From: Eledone cirrhosa
Lineage: Eukaryota
Reading direction: 5' to 3'
Assembly: GCA_964016885.1 (NCBI GenBank)
Contig: OZ024744.1
Span: forward strand, 130,262,001 to 130,326,000
DNA length: 64,000 bases
Shown here: piece by piece, positions 50,066-61,298 of the stretch
How the letters are laid out: each line of letters starts with the position of its first letter
Numbering within the stretch: the first letter of the stretch is position 1
Notes under the pieces: generated by a model
What the model saw: the letters and a program-made list of their open reading frames with translations, nothing else
The model's database searches: none
What the model was told of the DNA's origin: nothing
Made by a program: the position numbers and the translations under genes

Positions 50066-52219
50066 GTCGGGGTTAAGTTAAGTTGGCGTTAAGTTAAGTT
50101 GGCGTTAAGTTAAGTTAGGCTTAACTTAAGTTGGGGTTCAGTTAAGTTGGGGGTAAGTTAAGTTGGGGTTAAGTTAAGTTAGGGTTAAGTTAAGTTGGGG
50201 TTGAGTTAAGTTGGGGTTAATTAAGTGGTGGTTATGTTAAGTTGGGGTTAAGTTAAGTTGCGGTTAAGTTGGGGTTAAGTTAAGTTAGGGTTAAGTTAAG
50301 TTGGCGTTGAGTTAAGTTGGGGTTAATTAAGTGGTGGTTATGTTAAGTTGGGGTTAATTTAAATTGGGGTGAAGTTAACTTTGTGGTTAAGTTAAGTTGG
50401 GGTTAAGTTAAGTTGGGGTTAAGTTGGGGTTGAGTTAAGTTGGGGTTGAGTGAAGTTGGGGTTAAGTTAAGTTGGGGTAAAGTTAAGTTGGGGTTAAGTT
50501 AAGTCGGGGTTAAGTTAAGTTGTGGTTGAGTTAAGTTGGGGTTAATTTAAGTTGGGGCTAAGTTAATTTGTGGTTAAGTTAAGTTGGGGTTAAGTTAAGT
50601 TGGGGTTAAGTTAAGTTGGGGTTAAGTTAAGTTGCAGTTAAGTTAAGTTGAGGTTAAGTTAAGTTGGGGTTAAGTTAAGTTGGGGCTAAGTTAAGTTGGG
50701 GCTAAGTTAAGTTGGGGCTAAGTTAAGTTGGGGTTAAGTTAAGTTGGGGTTAAGTTAACTTGGGGTTAAGTTAAGTTGGGGTTAAGTTAAGTTGGGGTTA
50801 AGTTAAGTTGGTGTTAAGTTAAGTTGGGGCTAAGTTAAGTTGGGGCTGAGTTAAGTTGGGGCTGAGTTAAGTTGGGGTTAAGTTAAGTTGGGGTTGAGTT
50901 AAGTTGGGGTTAAGTTAAGTTGGGGTCAAGTTAAGTTGGGGTTAAGTTGGGGTTAAGTTAAGTTAGGTTTAAGTTAAGTTGGGGTTAAGTTAAGTTGGGG
51001 TTAAGTTAAGTTGGGGTTAAGTTAAGTTGGGGTTAAGTTAATTTGTGGTTAAGTTAAGTTGGGGTTAAGTTAAGTTGGGGTTAAGTTAAGTCGGGGTTAA
51101 GTTAAGTTGGGGTTAAGTTAAGTTGGGGTTAATTTAAGTTGGGGTTAAGTTAAGTTGGGGTTAAGTTAAGTTGGGGATAATTTAAGTTGGGGTTAAGTTA
51201 AGTTTGGGTTTAAGTTAAGTTGGGGTTAAGTTAAGTTGGGGTTAAGTTAAGTTGGGGTTAAGTTAAGTTGGTTAGTTAAGTTGAGTTTAAGTTAAGTTGG
51301 GGTTAATTTAAGTTGGGGTTAAGTTAAGCTGGGGTTAAGTTAAGTTGGGGTTAAGTTAAGTTGGGGTTAATTTAAGTTGGGGTTAAGTTAAGTTGCGGGT
51401 AATTTAAGTTGGGGTTAAGTTAAGTTGGGGTTAAGTTAAGTTGGGGTTAAGTTAAGTTGGGGTTAAGTTAAGTTGGGGTTAATTTAAGTTGGGGCTGAGT
51501 TAAGTTGGGGTTAAGTTAAGTTGGGGTTAAGTTAAGTTGGGGTTAAGTTAAGTTGGGGTTTATTTAAGTTGGGGTTAAGTTAAGTTGGGGTTCAGTTAAG
51601 TTGGGGTTCAGTTAAGTTGGGGTTAAGTTAAGTTGGGGTTAAGATGGGGTTAAATTACGTTGGAGTTAAGTTAAGTTGGGGTTAAGTTAAGTTGGGGTTA
51701 AGTTAAGTTGGGGTTAAGTTAAGTCGGGGTTAATTTAAGTCGGGGTTAAGTTAAGTTAGGGTTCAGTTAAGTTGGGGTTAAGTTAAGTTGGGCTTGAGTT
51801 AAGTTGGGGTTGAGTTAAATTGGGGTTGAGTTAAGTTGGGGTTGAGTTAAGTTGGTGTTGAGTTAAGTTGGGGTTAAGTTAAGTTGGGGTTAAGTTAAGT
51901 TGCAGTTAAGTTAAGTTGAGGTTAAGTTAAGGTGCGGTTAAGTTAAGTTGGGCTTAAGTTAAGTTGGGGCTAAGTTAAGTTGGGGCTAAGTTAAGTTGGG
52001 GCTAAGTTAAGTTGGGGTTAAGTTGGGGTTAAGTTAAGTCGGGGTTAAGTTAAGTTGGGGTTAAGTTAAGTTGGGGTTAAGTTAAGTTGGGGTTAAGTTA
52101 AGTTGGTTAGTTAAGTTGAGTTTAAGTTAAGTTGGGGTTAATTTAAGTTGGGGTTAAGTTAAGTTGGGGTTAAGTTAAGTTGGGGTTAAGTTAAGTTGGG
52201 GTAAAGTTAAGTTGGGGTT

Positions 52220-52395
52220 AACCCCAACTTAACTTAACCCCAACTTCACTCAACCCCAACGTAACTCAACCCCAACTTAACTTAACCCCAACTTCACTCA
52301 ACCCCAACTTAACTTAACCCCAACTTCACTCAACCCCAACTTCCAACTTGACTTAACCCCAACTTAACTTAGCCCCAACTTAACTTAAGCCCAAA
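52220..52395 (-). repeat. Inverted satellite block 18 (176-bp allele)
   Basis: CAACTTCCAACTTGAC signature. Confidence 0.95.
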
Positions 52396-54003
52396 GTCGG
52401 GGTTAAGTTAAGTTGGCGTTAAGTTAAGTTGGCGTTAAGTTAAGTTAGGCTTAACTTAAGTTGGGGTTCAGTTAAGTTGGGGGTAAGTTAAGTTGGGGTT
52501 AAGTTAAGTTAGGGTTAAGTTAAGTTGGGGTTGAGTTAAGTTGGGGTTAATTAAGTGGTGGTTATGTTCAGTTGGGGTTAAGTTAAGTTGGGGTTAATTT
52601 AAATTGGGGTTAAGTTAACTTTGTGGTTAAGTTAAGTTGGGGTTAAGTTAAGTTGGGGTAAAGTTGGGGTTGAGTTAAGTTGGGGTTGAGTGAAGTTGGG
52701 GTTAAATTAAGTTGGGGTTAAGTTAAGTTGGGGTTAAGATAAGTCGGGGTTAAGTTAAGTTGTGGTTGAGTTAAGTTGGGGTTAATTTAAGTTGGGGCTA
52801 AGTTAATTTGTGGTTAAGTTAAGTTGGGGTTAAGTTAAGTTGGGGTTAAGTTAAGTTGGGGTTGAGTTAAGTTGGGGCTAAGTTAATTTGGGGTTAAGTT
52901 AAGTTGGGGTTAAGTTAAGTTGGGTTTAAGTTAAGTTGGGGTTAAATTAAGTTGGGGTTAAATTAAGTTGGGGTTAAGTTAAGTTGGGGGTAAGTTAAGT
53001 TGGGGCTGAGTTAAGTTGGGGTTAAGTTAAGTTGAGGTTAAGTTAAGTTGGGGTTAAATTAAGTTGGGGTTAAGTTAAGTTGGGGTTAAGTTAAGTTGGG
53101 GATAAGTTAAGTTGGGGATAATTTAAGTTGGGGTTAAGTTAAGTTGGGGTTAAGTTAAGTTGGGGTTAAGTTAAGTTGGGGATAAGTTAAGTTGGGGTTA
53201 AGTTAAGTTGGGGTTAAGTTAAGTTGGGGTTAAGTTAAGTTGGGGCTAAGTTAAGTTGGGGCTGAGTTAAGTTGGGGTTAAGTTAAGTTGGGGGTTAAGT
53301 TAAGTTGGGGTTAATTTAAGTTGGGGTTTATTTAAGTTGGGGTTAAGTTAAGTTGGGGTTCAGTTAAGTTGGGGTTAAGTTAAGTTGGGGTTAAGATGGG
53401 GTTAAATTAAGTTGGGGTTAAGTTAAGTTGGGGTTAAGTTAAGTTGGGGTTAAGTTAAGTTGGGGTTAAGTTAAGTCGGGGTTAAGTTAAGTCGGGGTTA
53501 AGTTAAGTTAGGGTTCAGTTAAGTTGGGGTTAAGTTAAGTTGGGGTTGAGTTAAGTTGGGGTTGAGTCAAATTGGGGTTGAGTTAAGTTGGGGTTGAGTT
53601 AAGTTGGTGTTGAGTTAAGTTGGGGTTAAGTTAAGTTGGGGTTAAGTTAAGTTGCAGTTAAGTTAAGTTGAGGTTAAGTTAAGGTGCGGTTAAGTTAAGT
53701 TGGGGTTAAGTTAAGTTGGGGCTAAGTTAAGTTGGGGCTAAGTTAAGTTGGGGTTAAGTTACGTTGGGGTTAAGTTAAGTCGGGGTTAAGTTAAGTTGGG
53801 GTTAAGTTAAGTTGGGGTTAATTTAAGTTGGGGTTAAGTTAAGTTGGGGTTAAGTTAAGTTGGGGTTAAGTTGGGTTTAAGTTAAGTTGGGGTTAAGTTA
53901 AGTTGGTTAGTTAAGTTGAGTTTAAGTTAAGTTGGGGTTAATTTAAGTTGGGGTTAAGTTAAGTTGGGGTTAAGTTAAGTTGGGGTTAAGTTAAGTTGGG
54001 GTT

Positions 54004-54220
54004 AACCCCAACTTAACTTAACCCCAACTTAACTTAACCCCAACTTCACTCAACCCCAACGTAACTCAACCCCAATTTAACTTAACCCCAACTTCACTCA
54101 ACCCCAACTTAACTTAACCCCAACTTCACTCAATCCCAACTTAAGTCAACCCCAACTTAACTTAACCCCAACTTGACTTAACCCCAACTTAACTTAGCCC
54201 CAACTTAACTTAAGCCCAAA
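54004..54220 (-). repeat. Inverted satellite block 19 (217-bp allele)
   Basis: CCCCAATTTAAC and CAATCCCAAC markers. Confidence 0.95.
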
Positions 54221-55491
54221 GTCGGGGTTAAGTTAAGTTGGCGTTAAGTTAAGTTAGGCTTAACTTAAGTTGGGGGTAAGTTAAGTTGGGGGTAAGTTAA
54301 GTTGGGGTTAAGTTAAGTTGCGGTTAAGTTGGGGTTAAGTTAAGTTAGGGTTAAGTTAAGTTGGCGTTGAGTTAAGTTGGGGTTAATTAAGTGGTGGTTA
54401 TGTTAAGTTGGGGTTAATTTAAATTGGGGTGAAGTTAACTTTGTGGTTAAGTTAAGTTGGGGTTAAGTTAAGTTGGGGTTAAGTTGGGGTTGAGTTAAGT
54501 TGGGGTTGAGTGAAGTTGGGGTTAAGTTAAGTTGGGGTAAAGTTAAGTTGGGGTTAAGTTAAGTCGGGGTTAAGTTAAGTTGTGGTTGAGTTAAGTTGGG
54601 GTTAATTTAAGTTGGGGCTAAGTTAATTTGTGGTTAAGTTAAGTTGGGGTTAAGTTAAGTTGGGGTTAAGTTAAGTTGGGGTTAAGTTAAGTTGCAGTTA
54701 AGTTAAGTTGAGGTTAAGTCAAGTTGGGGTTAAGTTAAGTTGGGGTTAAGTTAACTTGGGGTTCAGTTAAGTTGGGGCTAAGTTAAGTTGGGGTTAAGAT
54801 GGGGTTAAATTAAGTTGGGGTTAAGTTAAGTTGGGGTTAAGTTAAGTTGGGGTTAAGTTAAGTTGGGGTTAAGTTAAGTCGGGGTTAAGTTAAGTCGGGG
54901 TTAAGTTAAGTTAGGGTTCAGTTAAGTTGGGGTTAAGTTAAGTTGGGGTTGAGTTAAGTTGGGGTTGAGTTAAATTGGGGTTGAGTTAAGTTGGGGTTGA
55001 GTTAAGTTGGTGTTGAGTTAAGTTGGGGTTAAGTTAAGTTGGGGTTAAGTTAAGTTGCAGTTAAGTTAAGTTGAGGTTAAGTTAAGGTGCGGTTAAGTTA
55101 AGTTGGGGTTAAGTTAAGTTGGGGCTAAGTTAAGTTGGGGCTAAGTTAAGTTGGGGCTAAGTTAAGTTGGGGTTAAGTTACGTTGGGGTTAAGTTAAGTC
55201 GGGGCTAAGTTAAGTTGGGGTTAAGTTAAGTTGGGGTTAATTTAAGTTGGGGTTGAGTTAAGTTGGGGTTAAGTTTAGTTGGGGTTAAGTTAAGTTGGGG
55301 TTAAGTTAAGTTGGGTTTAAGTTAAGTTGGGGTTAAGTTAAGTTGGGGTCAAGTTAAGTTGGGGTTAAGTTAAGTTGGTTAGTGAAGTTGAGTTTAAGTT
55401 AAGTTGGGGTTAATTTAAGTTGGGGTTAAGTTAAGTTGGGGTTAAGTTAATTTGGGGTTAAGTTAAGTTGGGGTTAAGTTAAGTTGGGGTT

Positions 55492-55676
55492 AACCCCAAC
55501 TTAACTTAACCCTAACTTCACTCAACCCCAACGTAACTCAACCCCAACTTAACTTAACCCCAACTTCACTCAACCCCAACTTAACTTAACCCCAACTTCA
55601 CTCAACCCCAACTTAAGTCAACCCCAACTTAACTTAACCCCAACTTGACTTAACCCCAACTTAACTTAAGCCCAAA
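55492..55676 (-). repeat. Inverted satellite block 20 (185-bp allele)
   Basis: Lacks the TTAGCCCC monomer; exit GTCGGAG. Confidence 0.95.
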
Positions 55677-57489
55677 GTCGGAGTTAAGTTAAGTTGGCGT
55701 TAAGTTAAGTTAGGCTTAACTTAAGTTGGGGGTAAGTTAAGTTGGGGGTAAGTTAAGTTGGGGTTAAGTTAAGTTGCGGTTAAGTTGGGGTTAAGTTAAG
55801 TTAGGGTTAAGTTAAGTTGGCGTTGAGTTAAGTTGGGGTTAATTAAGTGGTGGTTATGTTAAGTTGGGGTTAATTTAAATTGGGGTGAAGTTAACTTTGT
55901 GGTTAAGTTAAGTTGCAGTTAAGTTAAGTTGAGGTTAAGTTAAGTTGGGGTTAAGTTAAGTTGGGGTTAAGTTAAGTTGGGGCTAAGTTAAGTTGGGGCT
56001 AAGTTAAGTTGGGGCTAAGTTAAGTTGGGGTTAAGTTAAGTTGGGGTTAAGTTAAGTTGGGGTTAAGTTAAGTTGGGGTTAAGTTAAGTTGGTGTTAAGT
56101 TAAGTTGGGGCTAAGTTAAGTTGGGGCTGAGTTAAGTTGGGGCTGAGTTAAGTTGGGATTAAGTTAAGTTGGGGTTGAGTTAAGTTGGGGTTAAGTTAAG
56201 TTGGGGTCAAGTTAAGTTGGGGTTAAGTTGGGGTTAAGTTAAGTTAGGTTTAAGTTAAGTTGGGGTTAAGTTAAGTTGGGGTTAAGTTAAGTTGGGGTTA
56301 AGTTAAGTTGGGGTTAAGTTAAGTTGGGGTTAAGTTAATTTGTGGTTAAGTTAAGTTGGGGTTAAGTTAAGTTGGGGTTAAGTTAAGTCGGGGTTAAGTT
56401 AAGTTGGGGTTAAGTTAAGTTGGGGTTAATTTAAGTTGGGGTTAAGTTAAGTTGGGGTTAAGTTAAGTTGGGGATAATTTAAGTTGGGGTTAAGTTAAGT
56501 TTGGGTTTAAGTTAAGTTGGGGTTAAGTTAAGTTGGGGTTAAGTTAAGTTGGGGTTAAGTTAAGTTGGTTAGTTAAGTTGAGTTTAAGTTAAGTTGGGGT
56601 TAATTTAAGTTGGGGTTAAGTTAAGCTGGGGTTAAGTTAAGTTGGGGTTAAGTTAAGTTGGGGTTAATTTAAGTTGGGGTTAAGTTAAGTTGCGGGTAAT
56701 TTAAGTTGGGGTTAAGTTAAGTTGGGGTTAAGTTAAGTTGGGGTTAAGTTAAGTTGGGGTTAAGTTAAGTTGGGGTTAAGTTAAGTTGGGGCTAATTTAA
56801 GTTGGGGCTGAGTTAAGTTGGGGTTAAGTTAAGTTGGGGTTAAGTTAAGTTGGGGTTAAGTTAAGTTGGGGTTTATTTAAGTTGGGGTTAAGTTAAGTTG
56901 GAGTTCAGTTAAGTTGGGGTTCAGTTAAGTTGGGGTTAAGATGGGGTTAAATTACGTTGGAGTTAAGTTAAGTTGGGGTTAAGTTAAGTTGGGGTTAAGT
57001 TAAGTTGGGGTTAAGTTAAGTCGGGGTTAATTTAAGTCGGGGTTAAGTTAAGTTAGGGTTCAGTTAAGTTGGGGTTAAGTTAAGTTGGGCTTGAGTTAAG
57101 TTGGGGTTGAGTTAAATTGGGGTTGAGTTAAGTTGGGGTTGAGTTAAGTTGGTGTTGAGTTAAGTTGGGGTTAAGTTAAGTTGGGGTTAAGTTAAGTTGC
57201 AGTTAAGTTAAGTTGAGGTTAAGTTAAGGTGCGGTTAAGTTAAGTTGGGCTTAAGTTAAGTTGGGGCTAAGTTAAGTTGGGGCTAAGTTAAGTTGGGGCT
57301 AAGTTAAGTTGGGGTTAAGTTAAGTCGGGGTTAAGTTAAGTCGGGGTTAAGTTAAGTTGGGGTTAAGTTAAGTTGGCGTTAAGTTAAGTTGGGGTTAAGT
57401 TAAGTTGGTTAGTTAAGTTGAGTTTAAGTTAAGTTGGGGTTAATTTAAGTTGGGGTTAAGTTAAGTTGGGGTTAAGTTAAGTTGGGGTT

Positions 57490-57665
57490 AACCCCAACTT
57501 AACTTAACCCCAACTTCACTCAACCCCAACGTAACTCAACCCCAACTTAACTTAACCCCAACTTCACTCAACCCCAACTTAACTTAACCCCAACTTCACT
57601 CAACCCCAACTTCCAACTTGACTTAACCCCAACTTAACTTAGCCCCAACTTAACTTAAGCCCAAA
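57490..57665 (-). repeat. Inverted satellite block 21 (176-bp allele)
   Basis: CAACTTCCAACTTGAC signature. Confidence 0.95.
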
Positions 57666-60600
57666 GTCGGGGTTAAGTTAAGTTGGCGTTAAGTTAAGTT
57701 GGCGTTAAGTTAAGTTAGGCTTAACTTAAGTTGGGGTTCAGTTAAGTTGGGGGTAAGTTAAGTTGGGGTTAAGTTAAGTTAGGGTTAAGTTAAGTTGGGG
57801 TTGAGTTAAGTTGGGGTTAATTAAGTGGTGGTTATGTTAAGTTGGGGTTAAGTTAAGTTGGGGTTAATTTAAATTGGGGTTAAGTTAACTTTGTGGTTAA
57901 GTTAAGTTGGGGTTAAGTTAAGTTGGGGTAAAGTTGGGGTTGAGTTAAGTTGGGGTTGAGTGAAGTTGGGGTTAAGTTAAGTTGGGGTTAAGTTAAGTTG
58001 GGGTTAAGATAAGTCGGGGTTAAGTTAAGTTGTGGTTGAGTTAAGTTGGGGTTAATTTAAGTTGGGGCTAAGTTAATTTGTGGTTAAGTTAAGTTGTGGT
58101 TAAGTTAAGTTGGGGTTAAGTTAAGTTGGGGTTGAGTTAAGTTGGGGCTAAGTTAATTTGGGGTTAAGTTAAGTTGGGGTTAAGTTAAGTTGGGTTTAAG
58201 TTAAGTTGGGGTTAAATTAAGTTGGGGTTAAATTAAGTTGGGGTTAAGTTAAGTTGGGGGTAAGTTAAGTTGGGGGCAAGTTAAGTTGGGGTTAATTTAA
58301 GTTGGGGTTAAATTAAGTTGGGGTTACGTTAAGTTGGTGTTAAGTTAAGTTGGGGTTAATTTAAGTTGGGGTTAATTAAGTTGGGGTTAAGCTAAGTTGG
58401 GGTTAAGTTAAGTTGGGGTTAATTTAAGTTGGGGTTGAGTTAAGTTGGGGTTAAGTTAAGTTGGGGTTATATTAAGTTGGGGTTAAGTTAAGTTGGGGTT
58501 CAGTTAAGTTGGGGTTAAGTTAAGTTGGGGTTAAGTTAAGTTGAGGTTAAGTTAAGTTGGGGTTAAGTTAAGTTGGTGTTAAGTTAAGTTGGGGCTAAGT
58601 TAAGTTGGGGCTGAGTTAAGTTGGGGCTGAGTTAAGTTGGGGCTAAGTTAAGTTGGGGTTGAGTTAAGTTGGGGTTAAGTTGGGGTTAAGTTAAGTTAGG
58701 TTTAAGTTAAGTTGGGGTTAAGTTAAGTTGGGGTTAAGTTAAGTTGGGGTTAAGTTAAGTTGGGGTTAAGTTAAGTTGGGGTTAAGTTAAGTTGGGGTTA
58801 AGTTAATTTGTGGTTAAGTTAAGTTGTGGTTAAGTTAAGTTGGGGTTAAGTTAAGTTGGGGTTAAGTTAAGTCGGGGTTAAGTTAAGTTGGGGTTAAGTT
58901 AAGTTGGGGTTAATTTAAGTTGGGGTTAAGTTAAGTTGGGGTTAAGTTAAGTTGGGGTTAAGTTAAGTCGGGGTTAAGTTAAGTTGGGGTTAAGTTAAGT
59001 TGGGGTTAATTTAAGTTGGGGTTAAGTTAAGTTGGGGTTAAGTTAAGTTGGGGTTAAGTTAAGTTGGGGTTAAGTTAAGTTGGGGATAATTTAAGTTGGG
59101 GTTAAGTTAAGTTTGAGTTTAAGTTAAGTTGGGGTTAAGTTAAGTTGGGGTTAAGTTAAGTTGGGGTTAAGTTAAGTTGGTTAGTTAAGTTGAGTTTAAG
59201 TTAAGTTGGGGTTAATTTAAGTTGGGGTTAAGTTAAGCTGGGGTTAAGTTAAGTTGGGGTTAAGTTAAGTTGGGGTTAATTTAAGTTGGGGTTAAGTTAA
59301 GTTGCGGGTAATTTAAGTTGGGGTTAAGTTAAGTTGGGGTTAAGTTAAGTTGGGGTTAAGTTAAGTTGGGGTTAAGTTAAGTTGGGGTTAAGTTAAGTTG
59401 GGGCTAATTTAAGTTGGGGCTGAGTTAAGTTGGGGTTAAGTTAAGTTGGGGTTAAGTTAAGTTGGGGTTAAGTTAAGTTGGGGTTTATTTAAGTTGGGGT
59501 TAAGTTAAGTTGGGGTTCAGTTAAGTTGGGGTTCAGTTAAGTTGGGGTTAAGTTAAGTTGGGGCTCAGTTAAGTTGGGGCTAAGTTAAGTTGGGGTTAAG
59601 TTAAGTTGGGGTTAATTTAAGTTGGGGTTAAGTTAAGTTGGGGTTAAGTTAAGTTGGGGTTAAGTTAAGTTGGGTTTAAGTTAAGTTGGGGTTAAGTTAA
59701 GTTGGGGTTGAGTTAAGTTGGGGCTGAGTTAATTTGGGGTTAAGTTAAGTTGGGGTTAAGTTAAGTTGGGTTTAAGTTAAGTTGGGGTTAAATTAAGTTG
59801 GGGTTAAAATAAGTTGGGGTTAAGTTAAGTTGGGGGTAAGTTAAGTTGGGGGCAAGTTAAGTTGGGGTTAATTTAAGTTGGGGTTAAATTAAGTTGGGGT
59901 TACGTTAAGTTGGTGTTAAGTTAAGTTGGGGTTAATTTAAGTTGGGGTTAATTAAGTTGGGGTTAAGTTAAGTTGGGGTTAAGTTAAGTTGGGGTTAATT
60001 TAAGTTGGGGTTGAGTTAAGTTGGGGTTAAGTTAAGTTGGGGTTATATTAAGTTGGGGTTAAGTTAAGTTGGGGTTAATTTAAGTTGGGGTTAAGTTAAG
60101 TTGGGGTTAAGTTAAGTTGGTGTTAAGTTAAGTTTGGGCTAAGTTAAGTTGGGGTTGAGTTAAGTTGGGGTTAAGTTGGGGTTAAATTAAGTTAGGTTTA
60201 AGTTAAGTTGGGGTTAAGTTAAGTTGGGGTTAAGTTAAGTTGTGGTTAAGTTAAGTTGGGGTTAAGTTAAGTTGGGGTTAAGTTAAGTCGGGGTTGAGTT
60301 AAGTTGGGGTTAAGTTAAGTTGGGGTTAATTTAAGTTGGGGTTAAGTTAAGTTGGGGTTAAGTTAAGTTGGGGTTAAGTTAATTGGGGTTAAGTTAAGTT
60401 GGGGTTAAGTTAAGTTGAGGTTAAGTTAAGTTGGGGTTAAATTAAGTTTGGGTTAAGTTAAGTTGGGGTTAAGTTAAGTTGGGGATAAGTTAAGTTGGGG
60501 ATAATTTAAGTTGGGGTTAAGTTAAGTTGGGTTTAAGTTAAGTTGGAGTTAAGTTAAGTTGGGGTTAAGTTAAGTTGGGGTTAAGTTAAGTTGGGGTTAA

Positions 60601-61122
60601 GTTAAGTTGGGGCTAAGTTAAGTTGGGGCTGAGTTAAGTTGGGGTTAAGTTAAGTTGGGGTTAAGTTAAGTTGGGGTTAAGTTAAGTTGGGGTTAATTTA
60701 AGTTGGGGTTAAGTTAAGTTGCGGGTAATTTAGTTGGGGTTAAGTTAAGTTGGGGTTAAGTTAAGTTGGGGTTAAGTTAAGTTGGGGTTAAGTTAAGTTG
60801 GGGCTGAGTTAAGTTGGGGTTAAGTTAAGTTGGGGTTAAGTTAAGTTGGGGTTAAGTTAAGTTGGGGTTAAGTTAAGTTGGGGTTTATTTAAGTTGGGGT
60901 TAAGTTAAGTTGGGGTTCAGTTAAGTTGCAGTTAAGTCAAGTTGAGGTTAAGTTAAGGTGCGGTTAAGTTAAGTTGGGGTTAATTTAAGTTGGGGTTAAG
61001 TTAAGTTGGGGTTAAGTTAAGTTGGTTAGTTAAGTTGAGTTTAAGTTAAGTTGGGGTTAATTTAAGTTGGGGTTAAGTTAAGTTGGGGTTAAGTTAAGTT
61101 GGGGTTAAGTTAAGTTGGGGTT

Positions 61123-61298
61123 AACCCCAACTTAACTTAACCCCAACTTCACTCAACCCCAACGTAACTCAACCCCAACTTAACTTAACCCCAACTTCAC
61201 TCAACCCCAACTTAACTTAACCCCAACTTCACTCAACCCCAACTTCCAACTTGACTTAACCCCAACTTAACTTAGCCCCAACTTAACTTAAGCCCAAA
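61123..61298 (-). repeat. Inverted satellite block 22 (176-bp allele)
   Basis: Counterpart of block 1, offset 59759. Confidence 0.95.

Larger units (their letters stand above)
31020..50420 (+). repeat. Tandem duplication of a ~9.7 kb segment containing five inverted blocks per copy
   Basis: Blocks 8-12 match blocks 13-17 at offsets 9695/9679; shared variants TTAAATTGGTGTTGAG ~31162/40857, TTATGTTGCGG ~34296/43990, GGGATTGAG ~35783/45478. Confidence 0.9.
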
